From: Mobula hypostoma
Taxonomy: Eukaryota
NCBI RefSeq assembly: GCF_963921235.1
Contig: NC_086108.1
Location: forward strand, 24,056,001-24,120,000
Length of the DNA stretch: 64,000 nucleotides
Direction of reading: 5' to 3'
Of this stretch, positions 49,058-60,989 are shown piece after piece (the first letter of the stretch is position 1; the number at the start of each line of letters is the position of its first letter). The position numbers and the translations under genes are program-made. A model generated the notes under the pieces. It ran no database searches, was not told the origin of the DNA, and saw only the letters and a program-made list of their open reading frames with translations.

Positions 49058-49305
49058 GGGCTGCACATTAGCATAGTGGTTAGTAAAATGGTTTACAGTA
49101 TCAGCGACCTGGGTTCAATTCCCGCCACTGCCTGTAAGGCATTTGTATGCTTTCACTGTGGGTTTCCTCCAGATGCTCCAGTTAATTAGTTATTGTAAAT
49201 TGTCCAATGATTAGGCTAGGATTAAATTGGGGAATTGCTGAGCGGCAAGGCTTGAAGGGTCAGAAAGACCTATTCCACGCTGTATCCCAATAAGTAAATA
49301 AATAA
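49058..49305 (+). mobile_element. tRNA-derived V-domain SINE
   Basis: A-box-like tagcatagtggtt, B-box GGTTCAATTCC, V core, (TAAA)n tail. Confidence 0.85.
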
Positions 49306-49319
49306 GCTTCTCCCTGATT

Positions 49320-49545
49320 CTATCATTCACCAGACATACTATGGTCAATTTATGGCAGGCAACTAACTCTCAAACCCACATGTCTGGTCTGTGGGAAAGA
49401 TTTGGACCACTTGAAGGAAATCCACAGAGTCGCATTGAGAGCGTGCCAAATCCATTCAGGTAGCACCCAACATCAAGACGGAAATGGATCTTGGTGATGT
49501 GAGGCAGTGGATCTTTTCTCTGTACCACATAAACTGTGCTGTCCA
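49320..49545 (-). mobile_element. Older V-domain SINE
   Basis: Reverse-complement core (acccacatgtctggtctgtgggaaag...gaaatccacagagtc). Confidence 0.55.
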
Positions 49546-50388
49546 TAATAGATTCTGCTCCTGTGAAGTACACTGGGTCCCTTAGCTATGTGAAAGACTC
49601 ATTATAACTGGAAGATGCCGTCACTGTTAGGTAAAATAGGAAACTGCTAAAAGCTTGAAGTATGAAATATGAACTAGTGCATGAATTTACACGATAATCT
49701 GCTGGGTGAGGCCAATGGAATCAATAATTAGGTGATTTTAGAGCTGAATCTAGGGAAAGTGGCTGTGCACTCAGAGACTGTATTCATCAGTCTGCCCCGT
49801 CACTGGAGTCCAGAGCAGGGGGCTCAAACTCAAGAAAGATTTGGACTTTTCTAAGCAGTCATGAGATGGATGATAATTCCTAAATTATGCTGTGAATTAG
49901 TGATAATTTCCTTCTCGTGGCAATTTATCCTCTGTCCACACCACAGCTGCAGGGAAGGTAGTGCCAGGCATCTGCCTGGATGTTATTTTGTGAGGTCCAC
50001 TTTCGGAGACAGGTAAGACAAGTTGACTTACTAATGACTAATAGCCCAGCAAGTTAAGAATGGCATCAGTGAACCTGCTGGATTTTTGACATAATGCGAC
50101 AACATTTTTATTGCCACCAGCTTACTTTCAGGAATCAAATGTTTTTAAAAATCAAAGGCCAATTCTGAACCTGCAGTGAAAAGAGTTAAACAGGCATATG
50201 GCTCCAATTTAATTATTAGTCTGTTATTGTAGGTCCTTACAACTCTAGCAGATGCACAGAACAAAGCATGTCTAAAAATCAGCAGGAATCACACTGGGAT
50301 GTTGGAAAGTTTATGAGAGTGCCCTTTGATTACATTACAACAAAGGACAAGTGGCAGATATGAATATTTCAATATCAAGATAACTTAC

Positions 50389-50408
50389 ATTGGATTTTTC
50401 AATGGAAC
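50389..50408 (-). CDS. Candidate 20-nt micro-exon (VPLKNP)
   Basis: Acceptor atatttagttttgcag, donor gtaagt; phase 0 to 2. Confidence 0.5.
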
Positions 50409-51656
50409 CTGCAAAACTAAATATTACTACTATGGAGATGAAGATCTATCAACATTGCAAAATTTGAGGTACACCATCTTTCACTCTATTTTCCTTTGTT
50501 TATTTCACATCAGTGAAGCTGGACATTTCTTTTGTTTCTTTCTGTCTAATATATAGTTCTTAAAAATCCGAACTTGATCTTGCCCAACCACATCGCTTTG
50601 TCATAGCACCATCACTCACACTCTTTCAAGTTTGGTGGTGCACTGCATCTAGGAGTATCAGCCCATCCTTGAGGTTTACAATTGAAATGACACATTTACT
50701 GAATTAATCATCTTTGTGTCCAGTAACACTGTTTAACCCAGGGCCTGTAGCAGCATTTCTTTCACAGTAATCTCCAGTGATATCTTAAGATGGCATTGAT
50801 AAATAGAAGCTTGCAGATCCATTGCAAACTTCAATGCTGCAAACTGACTGACCAAATCCTAAGGCACTGTTTGATTTGAACAGGAGATTCTGAAAGAAAA
50901 TAACTTCTGTCAAATAGGTTTCTTTGGACAGAATACACACATTCCCATGAGAGCCTGGGGAAAAAAATCTTCCATTATATTGGACCTATGTGAGCTGAGC
51001 TGCTGATGATCACATGAAATGCTGTTTCTCATTAAATAAGTTAAATACAATTTCCAAACACTGGCCATTTTTGGAAATCAGTGGAGACTCTGGAGCCTAA
51101 TAAGTTGGTCTGTCTGTCCATTGCTATCTCTTTTCAATGCTATCTCATCAAAAAGATTAAAAGGCTATGTGGACAGCGTGTTTGAGAAATGCCTGTGGGG
51201 TTCCTCACCAGAAGCTTCCCGACGTTATACTTGCACAGTCACCAGAAACTGCAGGTTGTATTGCTGTGAATTTGACAGAGCAAAACAATAGACGCTGTCA
51301 AGCTCCCAGCGCAAGATTGAGGGGGTAGTGTATAGGCTATGCACATACAATAAATAAAGAGCCTACAAAATGCGGGACATTACATCGTGCAGCTAATTAC
51401 TGTGTGACCTAGTAAAACAAGTTAAAACAAATTACAAATACATCCCTTGCAAACATTAAGAATAATTAATGATACCATCAAATTCCAGCCAAACCAGTGA
51501 AGAATGCTTTTAAAATTCAAAGATGAACAGGTAAATGGGCTCTTTAACCTCAGTGGATTTTATGAGCCTGCAAAAGTGCTGACTTGGTGACAAACAGACT
51601 GACCAGAGCAATGATGTAATTAATTTTGTGGAGCTGTCAAGGGTAAATGCACTCAC

Positions 51657-51708
51657 CACGAGCCCCATTCCGTCAGACAACTCAACAAACTCGACTCCCA
51701 AGTTCTGC
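51657..51708 (-). CDS. Candidate exon (QNLGVEFVELSDGMGLV)
   Basis: Donor GTG/gtgagt, acceptor aattgcag (weak pyrimidine tract); phase 2 to 0. Confidence 0.5.
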
Positions 51709-51943
51709 CTGCAATTCCTATATGGCCCGGCCTGCTCATCAAATGGACTCATTTGTATGTCTTAATTGACAGGGAATATAATGTGTGGCGAATTGTGTCA
51801 TTGTCCAGCTGGCTTGATCGGGCACTGTGCCGAGCATTAGACTCATTCTGTGCTCTGCTGGGAGATGCTTCCAGTTTCATTGGATGGTTCAACAATTTGT
51901 CCTCAGAAAGATGCTGGCAGGTGAACAATCTGCAAACACTTAC

Positions 51944-51992
51944 CTCCACAGCTTCTGCAGTTTGCTTGAAGAAAGGGTGGGGATTAGATCAT
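51944..51992 (-). CDS. Candidate exon (DLIPTLSSSKLQKLW)
   Basis: Donor GAG/gtaagt; acceptor ctttatctttgttgaaagtcacag (in-frame alternative AG at 51998); phase 1 to 2. Confidence 0.55.
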
Positions 51993-52319
51993 CTGTGACT
52001 TTCAACAAAGATAAAGGCCAATTAGCATGCTCTAATTAGCACAGTTAGAATTTTTAAACGGAAGATTAAAAGAAAATAAGTGAGTTAGTGACCTAGTGAT
52101 GGATCAATAGCTTCGGTCTTCACATGGCCCTGCACTGATTTCAATCCATAGCTACGCACTAAGACTTCCTCTCCTTCATAATGCCAACAAGTACTTTCTT
52201 CACTTCTGCCTCCAAACCGGTGATTTCTGCAGTGAAATGTTAATATATTTCGAATTGGTATGATAGATTTTACTTTGAGATCCTGCAGAATATTTCACTG
52301 AGAACAACAACAGTTGGTT

Positions 52320-52545
52320 GGCACAGAAGCAGAGTGGTTAGTGTAACACTAGTAAAGTGCCAGGGACAGATTCATTTCTGCCACTGTCTGTAAGGAGTTT
52401 GTGTGTTCTCCTGGTGATCATGTGTGTTTCCTCTGGGTGCCTCAATTTCCTCCCACATCCCAAAGACACATGTTATTTGGTCACACGGCTGCAGGCTTGT
52501 TGGGCCAGAAGCGCCTGTTACCGTGCTGAGTCACTAAATAATTAA
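52320..52545 (+). mobile_element. V-domain SINE
   Basis: taaggagtttgtgtgttctcc...tttcctcccacatcccaaagac. Confidence 0.75.
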
Positions 52546-52549
52546 TGGA

Positions 52550-52870
52550 GACATGAGACATGGCAGATGCTGGAATGTGGAGCTAAATTGAAACAGACTA
52601 CTGGAGGCACTCAATGAGTCAAGCAGCAGCTGGATCAGATTTTAGAGTTGTTTTGCGTTCAATCTAAATGCGAGAAAATCTGCAGATGCTGGAAATCCAG
52701 AGCAACATGCACAAGTGTTGGAAGAACTCAGCAGGTCAGGCAGCATCTATGGAGCTGAATAAACAGTCGATGATTCAGGTAGGGTCTCACCCGAAATGTT
52801 GCTGTTGATTTATTTCCATAGATGCTGCCTGACTTGTTGATTTCCTCCAGCATTTTGTGTGTGTTGCTTT
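52550..52870. repeat. Penelope pLTR remnants including a palindrome at ~52700-52868
   Basis: agcaacatgcacaagtgttggaagaactcagcaggtcaggcagcatctatgga and inverted tccatagatgctgcctgacttgttgatttcctccagcattttgtgtgtgttgct. Confidence 0.8.
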
Positions 52871-52914
52871 ATATTTTTTATTTTGGTACTTGGTCTCACT
52901 GGCACTCACCTTCA

Positions 52915-53160
52915 GAATACGATTCAGAATCAATCTTAATATCATTAACATATTTCGTGAAATTTGTTGCTTTGCGACAACAGAACATAATAAAAAGACT
53001 AAATTGCAATAAGAAATACATTGAAACATTAAATTAAATGAGTAGTACAAAAAGGGAGCAAAATAAAACACTGAGGTATTGTACGTGGGTTCAATGTTCA
53101 TTCAGAAATCTGATGGCAGAGGGGAAGAATCCGTTCCTGAAACATTGATTGTATGTTCCT
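52915..53160 (-). mobile_element. Rex1/Babar 3' end
   Basis: cagaatc tail; cattcagaaatctgatggcagaggggaagaatccgttcctgaa is the reverse complement of FRNGFFPSAIRFLN. Confidence 0.75.
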
Positions 53161-53199
53161 AAAGTCCCCCGAAAAGGTAAGCTGTCCTCAATCTACTTA

Positions 53200-54330
53200 A
53201 GTCCTTTTGGTGAAGGTACTCCCACAGAGCTGCTGAAAAGTAGTTCTAAATTTTGACCCAGTAAAAGATAAATGCCATTCCGGATGGTGTATATGACCTA
53301 GAAAGGAAATTGTAGATAGTCCACGTGTGGCTTCTGTCCTGGTTCTTTTTGGTGGAAGGTGCTGTCAAGTAGTCTGGACTAGTAACTGCACTATATGCTG
53401 ATCGTGGAGAAGCTGTGCATCCGGTGGTAAATAGGAAACCCTAATGCAAACTGCTTCACCTGGTTGATGTAGATTTTGCTGAGTACTGATGAAACTTCTT
53501 TCATCACTCTCTTGACATGAGATGTACAAATAGTGAATGATTTTGGCTCCCCAGGAAGCAAATCCCATGCTACTTTCAGTCTTACAGACACCACAGTTTT
53601 GAAACTGGTGCAGTTCAGTTTCTGGTGAATGGTGAGCCTTGGCGCTGCATCATCCCCCTCCCCTTTACAAGGGGGTAGTGGAGGTACAATTTGTCCATCT
53701 GTGCTGATCACCCCATCCTTGACTAAGCTGTTCCACCGTGAACACGATCTGTTATGACTCAATATGATGCTTTCAGATCAGGTCATGCATAGCACATACC
53801 TCCGCCGCTCTGCTCAGGTGTGTTTCTGGGGTACAGGGGCTAGCGACCCTTGTGCCTGTTCTATGTACTTGACATATGATTTTTTTTGTGTTCTATTGCT
53901 GAGCAGCAGTGAACCATCTGATTGGCCTATCAGAGTTCTCTTTGGGAACTAGTTGACTTGATCAGCATTTCTGATCTGGCTATTGTTCACGATTGCACTT
54001 AATAAAAAAAAAGACTTATAATATCAGTGCAACTGACTGGCAAGCGTGGTGATTAGACTCCATCCTGATGGAAGTGCTCACTGCCTACCATCTGTGTAGC
54101 AGAAATGCTATAAGCCACTCATCAGCTCATGCTTGAACGATGTCTTGTTCTGGGCATGGACTGCATCATTTACCAAAGTATTGTGAATGAGGCTGAACAT
54201 TGTTCAATCGTAAGTAAACATTAACATTTCTGTCTTTATGATGTCATTGATGTAGCAGCTGAAACTCCTCCCCTGGGGCTGGAACGACAGGGCACCGGCA
54301 AGCACAACCCCCACCTTTGTGTGTGTAAGG
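53200..54330 (-). mobile_element. Very old CR1-like RT remnants
   Basis: gtcattgatgtagcagctgaa (reverse of FSCYIND) and ctgaacattgttcaatcgtaagtaaac (decayed FADD region). Confidence 0.45.
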
Positions 54331-54624
54331 TGCAATGCTAATAATTGGTACACTTTCACATTGCTCTCATTACAATGCTACCATTTATTTAGTAAAAAAA
54401 TAAGTTCCATACATAACAATGAGCACAGCAAACAATAACCAATGTGTTTGGAGGATGACTGGTACCTGTAGAATTGTACAGAAGCAGTCACCACCATTGT
54501 TAAATTAAGTATAACAAGCTGGTTGCAGGGAGGGAATTCCCTCTGCAAATAAAGGTTCGATCACCAAGGTCGGGAGAGATTAAACTGACAGCTGCCAAGA
54601 TACCAGAATTTGAAGAGCCCAGAC

Positions 54625-54812
54625 CATAAGACATAGGAGTACAATTGGGGTGTTCAGCCCATCGAGCTTGCTCCATCATTCCATATTGGCTGATTCATTA
54701 TCACTCTCAACCACATTCTCTTCTCTTCTCCCCCTAATCTTTGACACCCTTAGTAATCAGGAGCCTATCAACTACCACTTCAAATGTACCCAATGACTCC
54801 ACCTCCACAGCT
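54625..54812 (-). mobile_element. CR1 3' end
   Basis: accataagacataggag...cagcccatcgag. Confidence 0.75.
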
Positions 54813-55765
54813 GCATCCCAGAGGATTACAGAGTTATAGGTGAATAGAGAGAAAGAGTGCCAAGACAAAAGGAGGATTTGAATACAATAACAATCTTAAA
54901 CTTGAGTGATTTATCAACCAAGACCCATCAGCAAACAGTCAGGACCAGTGAGGTTAGAACACTATCAACAAAGATATAGATGGCCACAAGGTTCGAGGGA
55001 TTAGAAAAGGTGCCAACCTGACCTGCTGTGGAATAGTTAGGTGACGAAGCAATAAATCCACAGCTACATTTATTATCTTCTTGTCAGAGAGAGAGAATGC
55101 TGTGAGGGAAAGTGGAGACTAATCTTTTGATTTGCGCATTTTTTTAAAGGAGGTATTTGGTCACCCTCAATTCCATGGACTGGGAGCACACAGAAGACAA
55201 ATGTAAGTAGCAGAAGGAGTACACCACCACAATACCATCCATCTACTCACCCTGTCAGATACCTCCACTCCCAACTATGGAGGAGCCCAGAGTCTCTACG
55301 TTAACCTCAGAACGCCCAAAACAGAGTGAAATGAAGCTATCATTGACCCTGAAGGACAGTCTAAGAGCTATGAGGCCAAATCCATTAGCAGTCTGAATGT
55401 GTTTTGAAATTGTAGAAACAAACAATGAATATGTTCTTCAAGCTTCAAGCTGTGAACTTGTGGACAGTCAGTCAGATATACAGGGAAGGGGATGCAGGCT
55501 TGTATTTTCATGCTTGCTCTTATAATTGTTCCTGTACAGTCTTCTAGTGTGTCAAAGAGAACATGTTTAAGTGGAAGCTGGTTTTGTTTATGTTAACATT
55601 GTCCAGGGTACAGCTCTTTCCTGTAGGGTAGAGAAGGCTAAAGAGCAACTTTTCTGAGGTCTTTAACAAGTGGAAGGTTTTAAAAGGGTTAATACAAAGA
55701 AGGCGAGTTTGAAATTCCTCCAGGTGAATAGTGTGGATAGCTAGTGCATCAAATCCTGCACGTAC

Positions 55766-55800
55766 CTTCCTGTACAGCCTCCCCACTGTCCTCCAACCAC
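55766..55800 (-). CDS. Candidate micro-exon (WLEDSGEAVQE)
   Basis: Acceptor tcttgttttggaataag, donor AAG/gtacgt; phase 2 to 1 fits both neighbours. Confidence 0.5.
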
Positions 55801-56949
55801 CTTATTCCAAAACAAGATAGACCCACTAAAGCAATAAAGCAATCGCGACTGTGAGCTCCAGTTTAATTCACTCCAGACCTGAAGTAGCCATGGTGCCAGT
55901 TTCTATGTTTTCCTGTAAATATCAGGAGGAAGAGATCAACAGCAGTTTAATTATAGCCGAGAACTAGAGCTTCACCACCGTCAAAGTCTGCAGTGGCAGA
56001 CCCACGTCAGAGATGGTAATAGGTACATTGTGTGCAGCCATTGTGCACCAGCCTCATACTTTCAGCTGTATAAGTATCTACTAACAAATGCAAAATGAAT
56101 CCAAGCAAAATGCTTTTGGCTCAGAGGTGAACAGGCTATCAAACTCACTGGCACAGCAAGTAGTAATAGCATTAGATGCATTCAAAAGGAACCAAGATAG
56201 CAAGGAGGGAGAAAGTCACAAATACGGTGATGGAATCAGTTTGGTTTTGGGACAGGTTAGAGGCTCATGGGGAATGTAGGGATAGCAAATACGTTCAAGT
56301 CTGAATGGGCAATAATAAAAATACCAGATCATGCTTTGTATAATTTTTATTTTGAAAAACCACACAAATTGTCTCCGCACAGAACACAATAATGAAAATT
56401 CCAGTAAGAAAGGAAGCAGTCACTTTGAAATAAGTTCTTCACACACATCTGCAAGAAACTCAGAAGCAGTGTAAGATATGGTGCAACAGGGATTCATTAG
56501 AGAGATTCCAAGGATGAACGAAATAGGCTACAGCCTCTGGTGCTTGCAACAATGAGCAATGGTCTCAGTGAAGAATATGAGATTCCAAGGGGCTTCACAG
56601 TGTAGATGCTATGGTATTATTCTCAAAGAGAAAAAGTTTAAAACCAGAGAATGAGACATTTCTTTTTTCAGAAGAATGTCTATCTTCAAAATTCTCTACA
56701 GAAAACCAGGGGTGAAGGCTGAATCACTGAATATCAGCCTAGTTTATTATTGTCACATGTACCCAGACTCAGCAAAAAGCTTTTGTTTGACTGACATCCA
56801 GGCAGAACTTGCCATACACAAGTACGTTGAACTTGTGAAAATAAAAACAGAATACAGAATGTTGCAGCTACAGAGAAATCGTAGTGCAAATAAATAAGTA
56901 AAAAGCAAATTCACATCTGAGATGCACAGTTTTTGGACCAAGTGGACAA

Positions 56950-57590
56950 GTATGCTGGCATTTATAGCGAGAGGATTCGAGTACAGGAGCAGGGAGGTAC
57001 TACTGCAGTTGTACAAGGCCTTGGTGAGACCACACCTGGAGTATTGTGTGCAGTTTTGGTCCCCTAATCTGAGGAAAGACATTCTTGCCATAGAGGGAGT
57101 ACAAAGAAGGTTCACCAGATTGATTCCTGGGATGGCAGGACTTTCATATGATGAAGGACTGGATTGACAAGGCTTATACTCGCTGGAATTTAGAGATTGA
57201 GGGGGTATCTTATTGAAACATATAAAATCCTAAAAGGATTGGATAGGCTAGATGCAGGAAGATTGTTCCTGATGTTGGGGAAGTCCAGAACGAAGGGTCA
57301 CAGTTTAAGGATAAAGGGGAAGCCTTTTAGGACCAAGATGAGGAAAAACTTCTTCACACAGAGAGTGGTGAATCTGTGGAATTCTCTGCCACAGGAAACA
57401 GTCGAGTCCAGTTCATTAGCTATATTTAAGAGGAAGCTAGATATGGCCCTTGTGGCTAAAGGGATCAGGGGATATGGAGAGAAGGCAGGTACAAGGTTCT
57501 GAATTGGATGATTAGCCATGATCATACTGAATGGTGGTGCAGGCTCGAAGGGCCGAATGGCCTACTCCCGCATCTATTTTCTATGTTTCT
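56950..57590 (+). mobile_element. CR1 3' portion, same subfamily as 230-1418
   Basis: Long near-identity with 777-1418; TTTCTATG tail. Confidence 0.95.
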
Positions 57591-57619
57591 AAATGTTATG
57601 AGAATATAGAGGACTAGAA

Positions 57620-58120
57620 ACACACTTCAGGGATGCCTGCTTAGTCCAGTGCTCTACTCTCTGCATTCATGATAGTGTGGCTAGGCACAGCCCAAATACC
57701 ATCTATAAAGTTGCTGATGACACCATAGTTGTATGTAGAATCTCAGATGATGATGAGGAGGCATTTAGGAACAGGATAGATCTGTGGTTGAATGGTGTTG
57801 CAACAACAAACCTTGCACTCATTGTCAGAATGATCAAGGATTTGACGTGAACTTCAGAAAAGCAAGGTCAGGGAATGACCAGTCCTCATTGAGGGGTCAA
57901 CGGTGGAAGGGTGAATAGCTTCAAATTGGTGGGCATCAGCATTACCGAGGATCTATCCTGGGTCGAACATATTGATGCAGTCACAAAGAAGGCACACCAG
58001 AGGCTACACTTCATTATGAGTTTGAGGAGATTTAGTATGTCATCAAAGACTAACAAATTTCTACAGATGTATCGTGGAGAACATTCTAACTGGTTGCATC
58101 ACCATCCAGTGTGGAGGATG
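57620..58120 (+). mobile_element. Degenerate Rex1/Babar RT fragment
   Basis: QGCLLSPVLYSL, KVADD, ITEDLSW..HIDAVTKKAHQRLHF. Confidence 0.8.
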
Positions 58121-58407
58121 GTAATAAGAGCTACACTCTTGATATTTCTTCTCCATTTTCTATTTGTCTCATCTCTTAAATTGCAGTTACTGTTGGTGTA
58201 ATTGTAATGCTTTCATTATCACATCAAATTGCTGGGAAGTATATGTCCAATGATTTACTAACCTAATGTAACAAAGTCATTTATTAAAAGTTGGGCCTCC
58301 TTAGTCCATGAATTCTAATGCTGCACTCCACAAGACAGTTATTTGCTTAATCACAGCAATCGTTCAGCTTTATAAACATGAAGCACCATTTGGCCAAACA
58401 CACTTAC

Positions 58408-58485
58408 CTCTTCAAAGCATTGGCTTTCCCTTGAGGAGCATGCTTAGTATTTGTGGGACTCAGCCAAATTTTGTTAATTGCAGTG
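58408..58485 (-). CDS. Candidate exon (TAINKIWLSPTNTKHAPQGKANALK)
   Basis: Strong acceptor tttttatattaatttacag, donor GAG/gtaagt; 78 nt with only one open frame (phase 2 to 2). Confidence 0.6.
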
Positions 58486-58849
58486 CTGTAAATTAATATA
58501 AAAAGTAGATGATGGGAGGAAAAAGTTTGGAGATTTGGAGATGAGTACTAAAGCAACATGTGCGATGAAATGTTGTACGGGGTGGAAGAGGAAGTGGGTC
58601 TCTGGCGGTGTCTGGAAGTTAGAAGCCTCACAAAATGTGTTCACTGCCAGATTTAACAGAGGAGTTCCTCTAAATGAAACATGTAACATATTAACTGTAA
58701 CAGATAAGTACCCACAGCATCTCTTATCAAAAGGATGACAGAAAGTGTGCTTCACAAGGCTGCGGCCTAGGGAAGAAGCAAGCTGGTGAGGGAACAAGAA
58801 AGATTAAGGAGATGGACATTGGTCAGAATAGCTTCTGTTCCTTTCCCTT

Positions 58850-58987
58850 CTAGCCCTGATGAAGGGTCTCAGCTCAAAACATGGACTGTTTATTTCCCTC
58901 CATTGATGCTGCTCCAGTTGCTGATTTCTTTCAGCATTTTGTGTGGGCTGCTCAAGATTTATAGTTTCTGCAGAATCTCTTGTGTCT
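58850..58987 (+). repeat. Penelope pLTR remnant with decayed hammerhead
   Basis: agccctgatgaagggtctcagctcaaaacatggact: the CUGAUGA core is kept, GAAA and GUC are lost. Confidence 0.75.
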
Positions 58988-59319
58988 AAAAGCAGAGGTG
59001 GATTAGATTGATAGTGCTCAGGGAGAAACAGACTGCGCTGGGGTTAAACTGATCTGATGGTAACCAGAAATCAAATAATACATGTTGTGTAGGCGGAGAG
59101 CGTCATTAAGATATTTCATTGATGAAGATGCCGTCTGTGTGTGGGTTACCATTTGCCTCCCAAACAGAAGTGAATGGATTGAGTTGTAAAGAGTAAAGAT
59201 TAGCTTTATTTGTCAGGTACATCAAAACATACAGTGAAATGCATAGTTTGCATCAAATCAAACCAGCAAAGATTGTGCAAGTGTCACGATGCTTCTGACA
59301 TCAATATAGCATGCCTACA

Positions 59320-59488
59320 ACTTATTAACCGTAACCTGTACATCTTTGGAATACGGGAGGGAGGAAACCAGAGCACTCTGAGGAAACCCACATGGTCAAG
59401 GGCTGAACGTACAAACTCCTTACAGGCAGCAGTGGAAATTGAACTGTGTTCTTACTTGCAGTGATGTAAAGCATTGTGCTAACTTTAC
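59320..59488 (-). mobile_element. V-domain SINE (5' end apparently split by the Rex insertion)
   Basis: acatctttgga...ggaaaccagagcactctgaggaaaccca...acaaactccttacaggcagc. Confidence 0.8.
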
Positions 59489-59489
59489 C

Positions 59490-60553
59490 AGCCTTCAACT
59501 TCCTCACAGACAGGACCCAGGCTGTCAAAATAGGGGACAAGCTCTCCTCTACAATCACTCTGAGCACCAGTGCCCCACAAGGCTGTGTACTCAGCCCCCT
59601 GCTGTACTCACTGTACACCCGTGATTGTGCAGCCAAGTTTCCATCGAACTCAATATATAAGTTTGCTGATGATAGAACAATTGTAGGCCGTATCTCAGGT
59701 AATGATGAGTTTGAGTACAGAGAGGAAATTAAGAACCTGGTGGTATGGTGCGAAGACAATAACCTATCCCTTAACGTCAGCAAGACGAAGGAATTGGTTG
59801 TTGACTTCAGAAGGAGTAGTGGACCGCACGACCCAATTTACATCGGTGGTGCGCAAGTGGAACAGGTCAAAAGCTTTAAGATCCTCGGGATCAATATCAC
59901 AAATGACTTGACTTGGTCAAACCAAGCAGAATCCACTGCCAAGAAGGCCCACCAGCGCCTTTACTTCCTGAGAAAACTAAAGAAATTTGGTCTGTCCCCT
60001 AAAACCTTCACTAATTTTTATAGATTCACCGTAGAAAGCATTCTTCTAGGGTGCATCACAACCTGGTATGGTCCTGTCCAAGTCCGGAAGAAGCTGCAGA
60101 AAATCGTGAACACAGCACAGCGCATCACACAAACCAATCTTCTGTCCTTGGACTCACTTTACACCATACGCTGTCGGAGCAGTGCTGCTTGGTAATCAAA
60201 GACACGACCCACCCAGCCAACACACTTTTCGTCCCTCTTCCCTTCAGGACAAGGTTCAGGAGCTTGAAGACTCGTATGGCCAGATTTGAGAACAGCTTCT
60301 TTCCAACTGTGATAAGACTGCTGAACGGATCCTGACTCGGATCTGGGCCGTACCCTCCAAATATCCGGACCTGCCTCTCGGTTTTTTTGCACTACCTTAC
60401 TTTCCCTTTTTCTATTTTCTATTTATGATTTATAATTTAAATGTTTACTATCGATTTGTAATCCAGGGAGCGGGAAGCGCAGAATCAAATATCGCTGTGA
60501 TGATTGTACGTTCTAGTATCAATTGTTTGGCGACAATAAAGTATAAAGTATAA
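59490..60553 (+). mobile_element. Young Rex1/Babar LINE, 5'-truncated
   Basis: [50 protein letters not shown](GTATAAA)n tail. Confidence 0.95.
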
Positions 60554-60989
60554 CTTGCTGTGCTATCGAACAACTTCTGACACAAACGCCAATCCACCTG
60601 GTTTTCGGGAGTTCGTACTTGAGACTACATTTCTACACCACAATATGCAACTTTGCTACTAATTGGACTAAATGTAAGAGCCATCACATCGAATGAGATT
60701 GACAGACTTCCTCATTCAACCTGTCCACTTGTTTATAAGCAAGTTGATAACAATGTGGATCTCTACTTGGCTGCCCCTGGCTATCTGTTCATGCATGTAC
60801 AGTTACTATAAGATCTCCAACAGTGAAGCCCCAGAATGCACTTTACTCAAATGTCTTTCAGAAGTGGTAAAGTTACAAAAATCTTTGGCATGAGATATTA
60901 GTCACTAATCATGTTCCTGAGATATTAACATTTTAAAAAATAGGTATCTGCAGAGACTTAGTGAGTGCTGTTTAGTTAATTACTGCTCT

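Noticed and set aside
49068..49125. tRNA gene
   Set aside because: The A/B boxes belong to a SINE head; there is no cloverleaf and the V core follows directly.
58578..58668. Further upstream exon (acceptor tgtttcatttag at ~58669)
   Set aside because: The acceptor is plausible but the donors are weak and ambiguous; not enough support to add it to the model.
60847..60916. AG/GT-bounded segment on minus
   Set aside because: Stops in all three frames.
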